NCBI GenBank assembly: GCA_021794595.1
Contig: JAJYQN010000117.1
Coordinates: forward strand, 1,977 to 65,976
DNA length: 64,000 nucleotides
Origin: Pseudomonadota bacterium
Lineage (GTDB): Bacteria > Pseudomonadota > Gammaproteobacteria > Acidiferrobacterales > Acidiferrobacteraceae
Direction of reading: 5' to 3'
The position numbers were made by a program, and so were the translations under genes. Below the pieces are notes generated by a model. The model was given only the letters and a program-made list of their open reading frames with translations, was not told the DNA's origin and did no database searches. Of the stretch, positions 28,451 through 37,274 are shown piece by piece; the stretch's first letter is position 1; each line of letters opens with the position of its first letter.

Positions 28451-29788
28451 TTACTGGCAGGTTGACGGCGCGTAGGTGTTTCCTGGTACCGAGACTACGC
28501 TGGTATCAAACGAGAACGCCCCGCTTGCCGTGATTGCTCCGGCCAGCAGCCGGCCGCAGGATGTGGACGAGGTGTCCATGGTGACGGAGGTATTGGCGAG
28601 CACGTTTCCTTCGAATTGCGAATTCGTGCCGATCGTGGCCGAGCTCCCGACCTGCCAAAACACATTCGATGCCTTGGCGCCGTTAATCAAGACGATCTGA
28701 CTCGCCGGGGCCGCTGGCGTCCCGCCGCTTGCGGTCGTGAGGGCGGACGGCGCCTGGAAGATAAATACGGAGTTCGTGTCGCCTTGCCCATCCAAAGTTA
28801 AGGTTCCAGTGACGCCAATTGTTGAGTTTGTAGCGGAGATGTAGAGGCCCGGCGGTAAAGTCGCGTTGTTTGCGCAGCCAATCGAGCTACCAGCCCCGCC
28901 GCCCGTACCTATGGTGCCGCAGCCAAGCGTTGTGGCGCCCGGAAGATTGGCGGGGGTGAGGTTGTTGTAGTCCGACTGTAAGGCGGCCATGACATTGTTT
29001 GCGGTCGTCGTGTCAGGGTAGACCGGGGTATCCACCGTCCCATTAATTGTCGGTGCATCGCCTCCGCAGGTTCCAAATCCACCCGTGTTATTAACGGCCA
29101 CGGCGTTGCAGTCAGCCGTAGGGTCAAGGACAGCGTTGCCGTTGATGTGGCTGAGCGGCGGGGTGGCGGTATTCGTGACTCCGGCGGCCGCGGCGATCGC
29201 AAACGGGGCCACAATGCCTAGATTGACCTGAGCAAGCCCGGTATTAGCCACGGCGGCGGTCTTAAAGTTCCACGCGTAGCCGCATCCAATGGCCACGCCA
29301 TTGAGGCCCGTTACGCTCTTGTTGATGACGAGCGTGTAGGACGTGCCGGGCGAGAGCGCCGATGTCGTTGTGAGCGTGGCGACATAGGTCGAGGTGTTAT
29401 AGGTCACAGACATCGGCACCATGATGGCGCCATTGGCTGGGGCTAATTCAAAACTCGTGGCGGTAATGGTTGAGGGATTCATGGGCATACTAAAGGTCGC
29501 CGTGATGACTTTGCCACCGCCCGCAGTATTGGTAGTACTGGTCGTGGCGGCCAGGTTGCCGCTCGTCGGATCCGAGGAGGTGACCGTTGGGACGGTAGGG
29601 CCAGACGTCGCGCTACACAAAGCTCCAGGGATGATCGCGCCCGCGGGGGCGATCAGCTGGGTGGGGCTTGGGGGCGCCAAGACCGCGCCTTGTCCTTCGC
29701 CGCCGTTCTTGCAGCCTGCGAGGGCGACCGTTAAAAGGGCCGCAATGACGTAAGGTATTCGTTTTGCCAACATATTGATCTTAGGCAT
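28451..29788 (-). CDS. lipoprotein with an Ig-like (SbsA/Big_5-type) domain and a DUF3494 ice-binding-fold domain
   Basis: Lipobox LAGC. The Ig-like segment is VITATFSMPMNPSTITATSFEL...YTLVINKSVTGLNG. DUF3494 hallmarks are LTLDGQGDTNSVFIFQ, LINGAKASNVFWQVGSSATIG, FEGNVLA and GRLLAG. Confidence 0.85.
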   Translation of the reverse strand: MPKINMLAKRIPYVIAALLTVALAGCKNGGEGQGAVLAPPSPTQLIAPAGAIIPGALCSATSGPTVPTVTSSDPTSGNLAATTSTTNTAGGGKVITATFSMPMNPSTITATSFELAPANGAIMVPMSVTYNTSTYVATLTTTSALSPGTSYTLVINKSVTGLNGVAIGCGYAWNFKTAAVANTGLAQVNLGIVAPFAIAAAAGVTNTATPPLSHINGNAVLDPTADCNAVAVNNTGGFGTCGGDAPTINGTVDTPVYPDTTTANNVMAALQSDYNNLTPANLPGATTLGCGTIGTGGGAGSSIGCANNATLPPGLYISATNSTIGVTGTLTLDGQGDTNSVFIFQAPSALTTASGGTPAAPASQIVLINGAKASNVFWQVGSSATIGTNSQFEGNVLANTSVTMDTSSTSCGRLLAGAITASGAFSFDTSVVSVPGNTYAPSTCQ

Positions 29789-30278
29789 TCGTGTCTTCCT
29801 GATTTATTGCATGGCTATACGCCGGGATCACGGGTTGTGTCCGGTACGGATAGAAAATATGGGTATACAGCCAAGGGGTCTGTGGGAGGTAATGTGTTCC
29901 ACGGGACCGGTTGGGGAGTTATGCATCCAGCGGATCAGACAGTACTCCTTGTGTCGTATTTACACAAGCTATTTTTTTAACATTATAAAAATATGCAAAT
30001 ATGAATTGTTAACTATTGTATAGGCTGTATGAGAGATACGGCTCGTAATGTCACCGACATACGGTAAATACCATAGATCGGAGTCTTATTAGTCATCTGG
30101 CCGTGACTTAACGGAGTCTGCTATGGCGAGGATTCACAAGACGATCTTTACGCCCGCAGCGAGAGGTCATAATTTCATCCGATCGCCGCTGTGTGAGTAA
30201 TGGCATGAGCGACAAGACAAAGGCCCGAAGAAGGTTTTTCCGCGCATGTGTTGTTGCTACGTGAGGAGCGGGCAGCGG

Positions 30279-30569
30279 TCAATCGATTTCAAACGGCATG
30301 CTAATACGTGGACCCCTAAGGACGGTCATGCCGCACTCATCGATAAGCGCATCGAACATATCCTTAAGTACAGGCGGTGCTGTGACAGCGCGGTCGGATG
30401 CTCGATCCACTAGCACGCCTACCTCATCGAAGAGACCTCGCCAGGGGCGCCTCGTGTCAGTGCCCACATTGTCCATGGTGATTGGTGTGTTACGGCCTAA
30501 AAGAGCATCACAGCGCCGGTCGTCACGGCCCGCCCGCGCAAGTACCGGGGAGCGGCACTTCGTGGCCAC
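30279..30569 (-). CDS. hypothetical ORF, possibly a gene fragment
   Basis: 96-aa ORF downstream of bpt with no recognisable family. The adjacent upstream sequence reads as broken frames. Confidence 0.2.
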   Translation of the reverse strand: MATKCRSPVLARAGRDDRRCDALLGRNTPITMDNVGTDTRRPWRGLFDEVGVLVDRASDRAVTAPPVLKDMFDALIDECGMTVLRGPRISMPFEID

Positions 30570-30812
30570 CGCCGCGCGGGTTTAGTATTTTGTCGGCGTG
30601 ACCGGCGGCAATCGCATGAAAATCGGTCACTATTGCCGGGACGGACCATGAGATCCGGCGGGCTTACGCAGGTGGCGAGGCCTATCGCCACGCTGTTGGG
30701 AGGAGGCTATGGGGATCTTTCGGAATATACGCCACAGCGTTGTTTGGCAGGGCGATGGACTCCATTGGTCCCTCCGTGCACAAAGACGTGGCATCTTCGC
30801 GCTGCGCGATCC

Positions 30813-31574
30813 TTAAGCTGCGGCTGGGGCGTGAGGAGAGGGCGCATCTGACGCTGCCTGCGAGGTAGGCAGGGGAGCCCAACACCCGTTCTGATAGCCC
30901 TCGAGTGGTTGGAAGCGCGCTTTATACGCCATCTTCGGGCTTTCTTTGACCCAGTAGCCTAAATAGAGATAGGGAAGGTTCAGGGCCAAGGTCTCCTGAA
31001 TTTGCCACAGGATGGCATAAGTCCCGAGACCGCGTTGCGACAAAGCCGGGTCGTAGAAGGTGTAGACCGCTGACAGGCCGTCTGGAAGATGGTCAACGAC
31101 GGCTACCGCCACCAAGGTTTTTGCCGCCCGGAATTCGAAAAACGTGCTGTCGACGTGGCGTCCCACAAGGAACCTGAGATAGGTTGGGGGATCCGGATTG
31201 GCCATGGTGCCGCCCGGATGGCGAGCATTCTGGTAGCGCAAGAAAAGCATGAAGTGCTCGACATCGAAGGCCGGCGCTTTGGCGGTCACGATTAGATCCT
31301 TATTGTGATCGAGCGTGCGTCGCTGTCCGCGGTGGGCCTTGAACGCGTCTACCGGAATCCGCACCGGCACGCAGGCTTGGCAGCTCTGGCAGTGCGGCCG
31401 ATAGATCAGGTCACCACTGCGACGGAAGCCACGGCGGTTGAAGTCTCCAAAGAGTTCTGGCGTGATCGGGAATCGCGGATCCATGAAAAGGGTATTGGCC
31501 GTGTGCTCGGGTAAGTAGCTACAGCTATGACCGGTCGATAAAAACAGGTTCGGCGATTGTTTGGCGATACTCAT
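30813..31574 (-). CDS. bpt: arginyl/leucyl-tRNA--protein transferase (Bpt/Ate family)
   Basis: CSYLP...GFRRSG...YRPHCQSCQACVPVRI is an ATE_N-type motif, followed by an ATE_C region. The ATG at 31574 overlaps the aat stop as ATGA. Confidence 0.9.
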   Translation of the reverse strand: MSIAKQSPNLFLSTGHSCSYLPEHTANTLFMDPRFPITPELFGDFNRRGFRRSGDLIYRPHCQSCQACVPVRIPVDAFKAHRGQRRTLDHNKDLIVTAKAPAFDVEHFMLFLRYQNARHPGGTMANPDPPTYLRFLVGRHVDSTFFEFRAAKTLVAVAVVDHLPDGLSAVYTFYDPALSQRGLGTYAILWQIQETLALNLPYLYLGYWVKESPKMAYKARFQPLEGYQNGCWAPLPTSQAASDAPSPHAPAAA

Positions 31575-32260
31575 GAGGAGGCCCTCGGCGTGGGCGGCCA
31601 ACGGCCGGGGGCCAATGGCTGCGCGATCGCCTGCTTCAGTTGCGCCAGGAACGTGGCGCGGCTAACCAGGGTCGCGCCGAACGCCGCCATATGCGGCGAG
31701 GCCACTTGGCAGTCGACGAGAGCGAACCCCAGTTGGCGGAGATGGTCGACGAGCGATACGAAGGCGATCTTCGAGGCATTGCTCATAGTGCTGAACATAG
31801 ATTCGCCAAAAAACGCTCCGCCGATCGCCACGCCATACACCCCGCCGACAAGCACGCCGTCCTGCCAGCATTCGGCGCTGTGGGCAAACCCCTGCCGAAA
31901 CAGCTCTTCATAAGCCTCTACCATATCTTCAGTGATCCAGGTCCCCGCTACGCCCTTGCGGGGGGCCTTGCAGCCGCGAATTACCTCGGGAAACGCGGTA
32001 TCAAAAGAGAGCGAGAAGGTCGATGCGCGCAGCGCCCGTGCGAGGCTGCGGTTTTTGCGCAGTTGGTTTGGCAAGAGGATCATGCGGGGGTCCGGTGACC
32101 ACCAGAGGATCGGAGGCTCGTTGTACCAGGGGAATATCCCGAGCGAGTAGGCGGATAAAAGTCGATCGACGGAAAGATCGCCGCCGATGGCGAGTGGGCC
32201 GTCGGCCGGTCCGAACTCGGGTGGCGGGAACCTGGGTTCCTCCGGCAAAAGCCAAAGCAT
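31571..32260 (-). CDS. aat: leucyl/phenylalanyl-tRNA--protein transferase
   Basis: GGDLSVDRLLSAYSLGIFPW...WWSPDPR...GGVYGVAIGGAFFGESMF are canonical Aat motifs. I chose the start at ATG 32260 (MLWLLPEEP), giving 229 aa. Confidence 0.92.
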   Translation of the reverse strand: MLWLLPEEPRFPPPEFGPADGPLAIGGDLSVDRLLSAYSLGIFPWYNEPPILWWSPDPRMILLPNQLRKNRSLARALRASTFSLSFDTAFPEVIRGCKAPRKGVAGTWITEDMVEAYEELFRQGFAHSAECWQDGVLVGGVYGVAIGGAFFGESMFSTMSNASKIAFVSLVDHLRQLGFALVDCQVASPHMAAFGATLVSRATFLAQLKQAIAQPLAPGRWPPTPRASS

Positions 32261-32472
32261 CAGCGCCCTTCCCCCTGATCGGAAAGCCACATCGCCCAGG
32301 AGCCGTGGTCCGAGACATCGACCCCGGCCCGGCGCGCCTCGCCGATCAAATGGGCCTGGAGATCGGCCAATAAGTCGCTATCCATAAGGAGTGGGTCGTA
32401 GGAGAGTGCCGCGTGCAAGGTGGTATAGATCCGTTTGAGATCGGCAAGTGGGTAGTGTGTGAGCGGGTTCAT
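32260..32472 (-). CDS. hypothetical 70-aa protein inside the aat-bpt operon
   Basis: Its ATG overlaps the upstream stop as ATGA (32472-32469). Its TGA shares 1 nt with the aat ATG as TGATG (32262-32258). I recognise no family. Confidence 0.5.
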   Translation of the reverse strand: MNPLTHYPLADLKRIYTTLHAALSYDPLLMDSDLLADLQAHLIGEARRAGVDVSDHGSWAMWLSDQGEGR

Positions 32473-33596
32473 GATGGCTTATGGAATGGAGAGTGGTCTG
32501 TTAATTCGTTAATGGTCAACTCCAGACCCTGGTTTTCGCGGACCAGAAATTCCTCTACCGCCCGGTTGAATTGGGGGTGGCGAAGCCAGTGAAGGGAGTA
32601 TGTGGGGGTCGGGAGAAAGCCGCGACTCAATTTATGTTCGCCTTGCGCCCCCGCCTCGAAACGCCTTAAGCCGTGGGCAAAGCAATACTCAATCGCCTGG
32701 TAGTAACAGGTTTCGAAGTGCAGGCCCGGAACCGAGATGTTGGCTCCCCAGTAACGTCCATAAAGTGTGTCGTGGTCCCGAAAATACAAGGCCGTGGCCA
32801 CCGTTCTTCCGCCCTGCCTCGCCATGAGAACCATGACACCAGGGACGTTTTCCCCGATTAAGGAAAAGAACCGCCGAGTGAGATAAGGGATTGCCTCGTA
32901 CTTTTGGATAGTGGCGAGATAGAGTTCGTAGAAGCTGTCCCAAAGCGATTCCGTGAGGGTGGCGCCCTCGTAGGTGGTATAGGTGATGCCGGCTTCGGCG
33001 ACTTGCCGCCGCTCGCGCTTGATGTTTTTGCGCTTGGGGGCGGACAGCGCCATGAGAAAGTCCTGAAAGTCCGACCATCCCGAGTTCGCCCAATGAAACT
33101 GGAAGCTTGTGCGCCGTAAAAATCCCTCGGCTGATAATAGGGCACATTCTGGTTCGGGGCTAAAGAGCCAGTGTAGGGATGAGGCGCCCGTGGCACAAGC
33201 GTGATCTCGCAGAGCCGCGCTCACGATATGGGCGACCTCCGGGGTCGGTGTGCCGGCCGTCAAGAGACGTCGGCCGGTCACCGGCGTAAAGGGGGTGGCT
33301 GCTACGAGCTTGGGATAATAGTTAAGGCCGGCCTGGCGATAGCTGTGGGCCCAGGCCCAGTCGAACACATATTCGCCGTAGGAGTGCGATTTACGATAGA
33401 GCGGGACCGCGACCTTGAGCTGTCCCGCATCTTTCATGACGAAGGTTTCGGTTTGCCAGCCGGTACGCGGCCCTACCGATCCGCTCTCTTCGAGCGCCAT
33501 GAGGAACTCATGACGTAGGAACGGCTGGGGCCCCGATATCGTGTTCCACGTATCGCGAGAAATCTCCGTCATGCTACTCAGAAAGGAGCCGATCAT
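32469..33596 (-). CDS. FemAB-like GNAT-fold protein (COG3146 / DUF482 'peptidoglycan biosynthesis/recognition' family)
   Basis: PFLRHEFLMALEESGSV..TGW, PLYRKSHSYGEYVFDWAWA and YYPKLVAATPFTPVTGRRLL match the family pattern as I remember it. Confidence 0.8.
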   Translation of the reverse strand: MIGSFLSSMTEISRDTWNTISGPQPFLRHEFLMALEESGSVGPRTGWQTETFVMKDAGQLKVAVPLYRKSHSYGEYVFDWAWAHSYRQAGLNYYPKLVAATPFTPVTGRRLLTAGTPTPEVAHIVSAALRDHACATGASSLHWLFSPEPECALLSAEGFLRRTSFQFHWANSGWSDFQDFLMALSAPKRKNIKRERRQVAEAGITYTTYEGATLTESLWDSFYELYLATIQKYEAIPYLTRRFFSLIGENVPGVMVLMARQGGRTVATALYFRDHDTLYGRYWGANISVPGLHFETCYYQAIEYCFAHGLRRFEAGAQGEHKLSRGFLPTPTYSLHWLRHPQFNRAVEEFLVRENQGLELTINELTDHSPFHKPS

Positions 33597-33625
33597 GGCG
33601 CCCAGTTTACCATCGGTGCCATGGC

Positions 33626-35014
33626 TTAGCCGCGCGATCCGACATGGCTTAACCGCGTGAGGGAGCCGGATGGCGGCCTAAGGAGGGCGTTGAGCTGGCG
33701 GATATCGCCTACGGTCAGTTCGCTGACGGCCGCCTTGAGGCTGAGGCGGCTTAGCAAATAAGCGAAGACCGCACGCGCAAAGTCCCGTCGCGCCTGGTAA
33801 TAGTCCTGTTGCGCGCGCAAGACCTCGACATCGTTGCGCACGCCCACTTTAAGCCCGAGCCGGTCGGATTGCAGGGCGACGTGCGCGGCCTTCTCGGCTA
33901 CGCGCAGCGCGCGGACCTCGGCGTAGCCGTTACGCTCGTCGAGGAAGGCTTGGCGTACGTCGAATTCGACCTCCCGTTCGGTACGCAATACCGCCACGTG
34001 GGCCTTATAGGCGCGGGCCTCGGCCCTGGCGCTCGCCGCTGAGAGTTCACCCCCTTGGTAAATGGGAAGCGAGAGATCAAGGCCGATCGATTTTTCTCGG
34101 ATGACCGAACCAAAGCCAAATTGGCTATTGCCGGCGCGATTATAGGTGTAGGCCGCCTCGGCTGTGATCGTGGGGTAGCGCCCGGCTGCCGCGGCCGAGG
34201 CACGAGCCCGTGCCGCCCGAGCCTCGGCCCGGGTGGCAAGCAGAACGAGGTTGTGGCGGGATGCGCGGGATTCTTCCAGAAGCACGCTGCCGCGCCTTGG
34301 GGGCGGCGGCAGTTTGCTGAGCGCAAGCGGCCAGACGTGGCGTGCCCGGGCTCCGGTCATTTGTTCGATACGGCTGCGGGCGATGCGTACGGCATTGGCG
34401 GCGTCGAGCGCCTGGGCCCGGACCGCCTCATACCGCGCGCGGGCATCCTTGGCGTCGATAACGGTGGCGGTCCCCAAGCGGAAGCTACGTTTTGCCCGGG
34501 CCAGTTGCGCGCGTAAGGCGTGTTCTTCGGCGCGCCTTAGGCGGAGTTCGCTTTTTGCGAGAAGCAGATCGAAATACCGTTGGGCAACGGACAGAACCAA
34601 ACGGCTTGCGGAAAGTCGGTAACGGATTCGCGAGGCCTTGAGGCTTTGGCCGGCGGCCCGATAGTTATAAAGCGCCTGCACGTTCAAAAGGGCCTCGGTC
34701 ACCGAGATGCCATAGCCGTTGGAGTTAAAGGCGAAACGACCGCTTGGAAACGTAAACCCGGTGGTGCCGCCAAGGATGGTAGAGTGGAGAATGTTGTAGG
34801 CGGTATTGGCATTTGCCGAGACGTGGGGAAGGAAGGCCGAGCGCGCGGCGGGTATCAGCGTGTGCGCCTCGCGGTAGGAGGCGCCCGATTCCGCATAACG
34901 CATATCGTGGACCACGGCCTCGGCATAGAGGTGCGTAAGGTTTAGCGCACGGGCAGCGTTCGGCGTCAGCGTGAACGCTCCGACGGCGATAACAAGCGGC
35001 AAAAGGTTTTTCAT
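33626..35014 (-). CDS. tolC: TolC family outer membrane channel
   Basis: Signal peptide and two OEP repeats. The N-terminus LTHLYAEAVVHDMRYAESGASY is typical of type I secretion/TolC proteins. Confidence 0.87.
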   Translation of the reverse strand: MKNLLPLVIAVGAFTLTPNAARALNLTHLYAEAVVHDMRYAESGASYREAHTLIPAARSAFLPHVSANANTAYNILHSTILGGTTGFTFPSGRFAFNSNGYGISVTEALLNVQALYNYRAAGQSLKASRIRYRLSASRLVLSVAQRYFDLLLAKSELRLRRAEEHALRAQLARAKRSFRLGTATVIDAKDARARYEAVRAQALDAANAVRIARSRIEQMTGARARHVWPLALSKLPPPPRRGSVLLEESRASRHNLVLLATRAEARAARARASAAAAGRYPTITAEAAYTYNRAGNSQFGFGSVIREKSIGLDLSLPIYQGGELSAASARAEARAYKAHVAVLRTEREVEFDVRQAFLDERNGYAEVRALRVAEKAAHVALQSDRLGLKVGVRNDVEVLRAQQDYYQARRDFARAVFAYLLSRLSLKAAVSELTVGDIRQLNALLRPPSGSLTRLSHVGSRG

Positions 35015-35153
35015 CTCGATGTTTAGTCCCCTTTGGGGTATGCGGGCGCTTTAGGCCCGGATACCGAAGCACGACTGCGTGCCGCAACGTGTATGTTTGG
35101 GTATGTCTCCCGTCTACCGGTCCGCTAAGCCCGACGATCGCGCGCGTCGGTCC

Positions 35154-36062
35154 TTAACGTCGCCCGCTGATCCTCACCCGCGTCCCGTTGATGAGTGATT
35201 GGCTGGGATCGGTGACGACAGTGACGCCGGGCGCAAGGCCCGAGGAGATGACCGCCACCCGACGAAGCCTTGCAGCGACCGTCACGGCTTGCATACGCAC
35301 GATTCGATGATGGAGCACAAAGACGACATCGCCGGCGCGCCGGAGCGCGATACTTGTTTTTGGTAACACGAGGGCCGGCCTATCCGCTATGACGACATCG
35401 GCCCGCACCGGGCTCCCTACGACCCATCCGTGCCGTGGCGGTAAGGCGATGACCGCGAAGATGGCATGGTGTTTGGGGTGCGGTATGAGGCGCGCGATGG
35501 TCCCGGTGACCGGCGAACGAGGGGCTAGAGGGCTATGGAGAAGAACCGCCTGGCCGGTATGGAGGTCCGGGCCGAGTGTCGCCGGAAACGGTACCCGGGC
35601 TTGCCGCACGGTCGTTCCCGTCCAACCGAAAAGCGCCTGCCCTTGATGGACTTTGGTTCCCGCCAGCACCAGAATTTGGGTGATGACCCCGGGTGCTGGC
35701 GCGACAATTGGAGCCAAGCGCCCCCCCGGGCCCTGAGGTCGTACATAGGCCAACGGGGCGCCGGCCGCAACAGATTGATCGACCGTGACCCGCAGGCGCG
35801 TCAAACGACCCGCCATGGGGGCGCCGATCACGGGGGAAAACCCGGGTCCGACATCCCCTACCGCCGTGACAAGGCGTGGGACGGGGCGGATAACAGCGAG
35901 AGCGGTATGGACTGTGACCTGGCGCCCGGGGGTCCCAGACGAGTCGTGGGAGCAGGCGCTAAGACCTGCGGCGAGAGCGATGAATGCGACACGCTTGATA
36001 TCTACGGCCACTGCGAGTCCTCTTAAGGCCGCCATAGTAGTCGGGCGATCGCGGCTCTGCAA
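35154..36062 (-). CDS. membrane-fusion (periplasmic adaptor) family lipoprotein lacking the alpha-helical hairpin
   Basis: Lipobox LSAC. The lipoyl halves are IGAPMAGRLTRLRVTVDQSVAAGAPLAYV and IVAPAPGVITQILVLAGTKVHQGQALF. They are joined by only RPQGPGGRLAP. Beta-barrel and MP-domain patterns follow. The start is 36062 or 36035. Confidence 0.7.
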   Translation of the reverse strand: MQSRDRPTTMAALRGLAVAVDIKRVAFIALAAGLSACSHDSSGTPGRQVTVHTALAVIRPVPRLVTAVGDVGPGFSPVIGAPMAGRLTRLRVTVDQSVAAGAPLAYVRPQGPGGRLAPIVAPAPGVITQILVLAGTKVHQGQALFGWTGTTVRQARVPFPATLGPDLHTGQAVLLHSPLAPRSPVTGTIARLIPHPKHHAIFAVIALPPRHGWVVGSPVRADVVIADRPALVLPKTSIALRRAGDVVFVLHHRIVRMQAVTVAARLRRVAVISSGLAPGVTVVTDPSQSLINGTRVRISGRR

Positions 36063-36122
36063 GCCGGCGGCGCTGGCTATGGCATAATAGCGCTTTGTGA
36101 CCGGGATAATAAGGAGAGTGCG

Positions 36123-37274
36123 GTGCGTCTACATGAGTACCAGGCTAAGGCTCTATTTGCGCGGTATGGCCTGCCAACGCCTGTGGGATCGGTAGTAGCG
36201 ACAGAAGACGAGGCCGCGCGCCTCTGTGCGCATTGGCGGTGTCCCTTGTGCGTGGCTAAGGCCCAGATTCATGCCGGGGCCCGTGGAAAGGCAGGCGGGG
36301 TGCGCGTTATACCGGTAAGCGAGCTGCCCGAGATCGTGCGCCAGTGGCTGGGATCGCGACTGGTGACGGCGCAGACCGGGCCTCGCGGACAACTCGTGAC
36401 GCGCGTATTGGTCGAGGAACCGGTTGCCGTGGCCTCCGAGCTCTACCTTGCATGCGTCGTTGACAGACGGCTTGGCAAGCGGATGATTTTGGCGGGGACC
36501 CAGGGCGGGGTCGGAGTTGAAGAGGGGTCCGCGCCGCTCCAAATTCCGATAGATAGCCTGACGGGCTTCTCGCCCTATCAGGGTCGCGCGCTCGCCCGGG
36601 CCCTCTATCTCTCCGGGCGGCTCGTCGGCGCCTTCGGGGATTTCGTGGCGCGCCTCGTCGATCTGACGATAGCGACGGATGCGCTGTTGGTTGAGATCAA
36701 TCCCCTTATGGTGACGGCGGACGGGGCTCTGGTGGCCGGCGATGGCAAAATCGAGATTGACGACAACGCCTTATGGCGCCAGCCCGCGCTCGATGCCGAA
36801 CGCGATCCGCAGCAAAGCGATCAAAAGGACGAGCAGGCGCGTGCATTAGGGCTTCAGTATATTGCTTTGGACGGGGATATCGGTTGCCTGGTCAATGGCG
36901 CGGGCTTGGCTATGGCAACCATGGATTTGATTGCGTTGGCGGGCGGTCGGCCAGCGAACTTTCTCGATGTCGGCGGCGGCACGACCGCGCAGAAGGTCGC
37001 CGAGGCCTTGGCGCTTTTAGTATCCGATGGCCGGGTGAAGACCGTGTTAGTGAACATCTTTGGCGGTATTGTGCGCTGCGATCTCATCGCCGAAGGCCTG
37101 GTCTTGGCGGCTAAGGGCTTCGGGCGCTCGCTTCCGATCGTGGTGCGGCTCGTGGGCACGCGTCGCGAAGAGGGTCAGAGGATCCTGGCGGAAAGCGGTC
37201 TCGAGGTGGATGTGACGGACAGTTTGGAGGATGCGGCGGAAAAGGCCGTGAGACGCGCAGGGGCGATCGAATGA
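36123..37274 (+). CDS. sucC: succinate--CoA ligase (ADP-forming) beta subunit
   Basis: [18 protein letters not shown], an ATP-grasp and ligase-CoA domain. GTG start preceded by AAGGAGAG. Confidence 0.92.
   Translation: MRLHEYQAKALFARYGLPTPVGSVVATEDEAARLCAHWRCPLCVAKAQIHAGARGKAGGVRVIPVSELPEIVRQWLGSRLVTAQTGPRGQLVTRVLVEEPVAVASELYLACVVDRRLGKRMILAGTQGGVGVEEGSAPLQIPIDSLTGFSPYQGRALARALYLSGRLVGAFGDFVARLVDLTIATDALLVEINPLMVTADGALVAGDGKIEIDDNALWRQPALDAERDPQQSDQKDEQARALGLQYIALDGDIGCLVNGAGLAMATMDLIALAGGRPANFLDVGGGTTAQKVAEALALLVSDGRVKTVLVNIFGGIVRCDLIAEGLVLAAKGFGRSLPIVVRLVGTRREEGQRILAESGLEVDVTDSLEDAAEKAVRRAGAIE

Noticed and set aside
28451-29788. Calling the DUF3494 lipoprotein an antifreeze or ice-binding protein
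   Set aside because: Only the fold family is supported. Many DUF3494 proteins are not ice-active, and nothing in the sequence shows the organism is cold-adapted.
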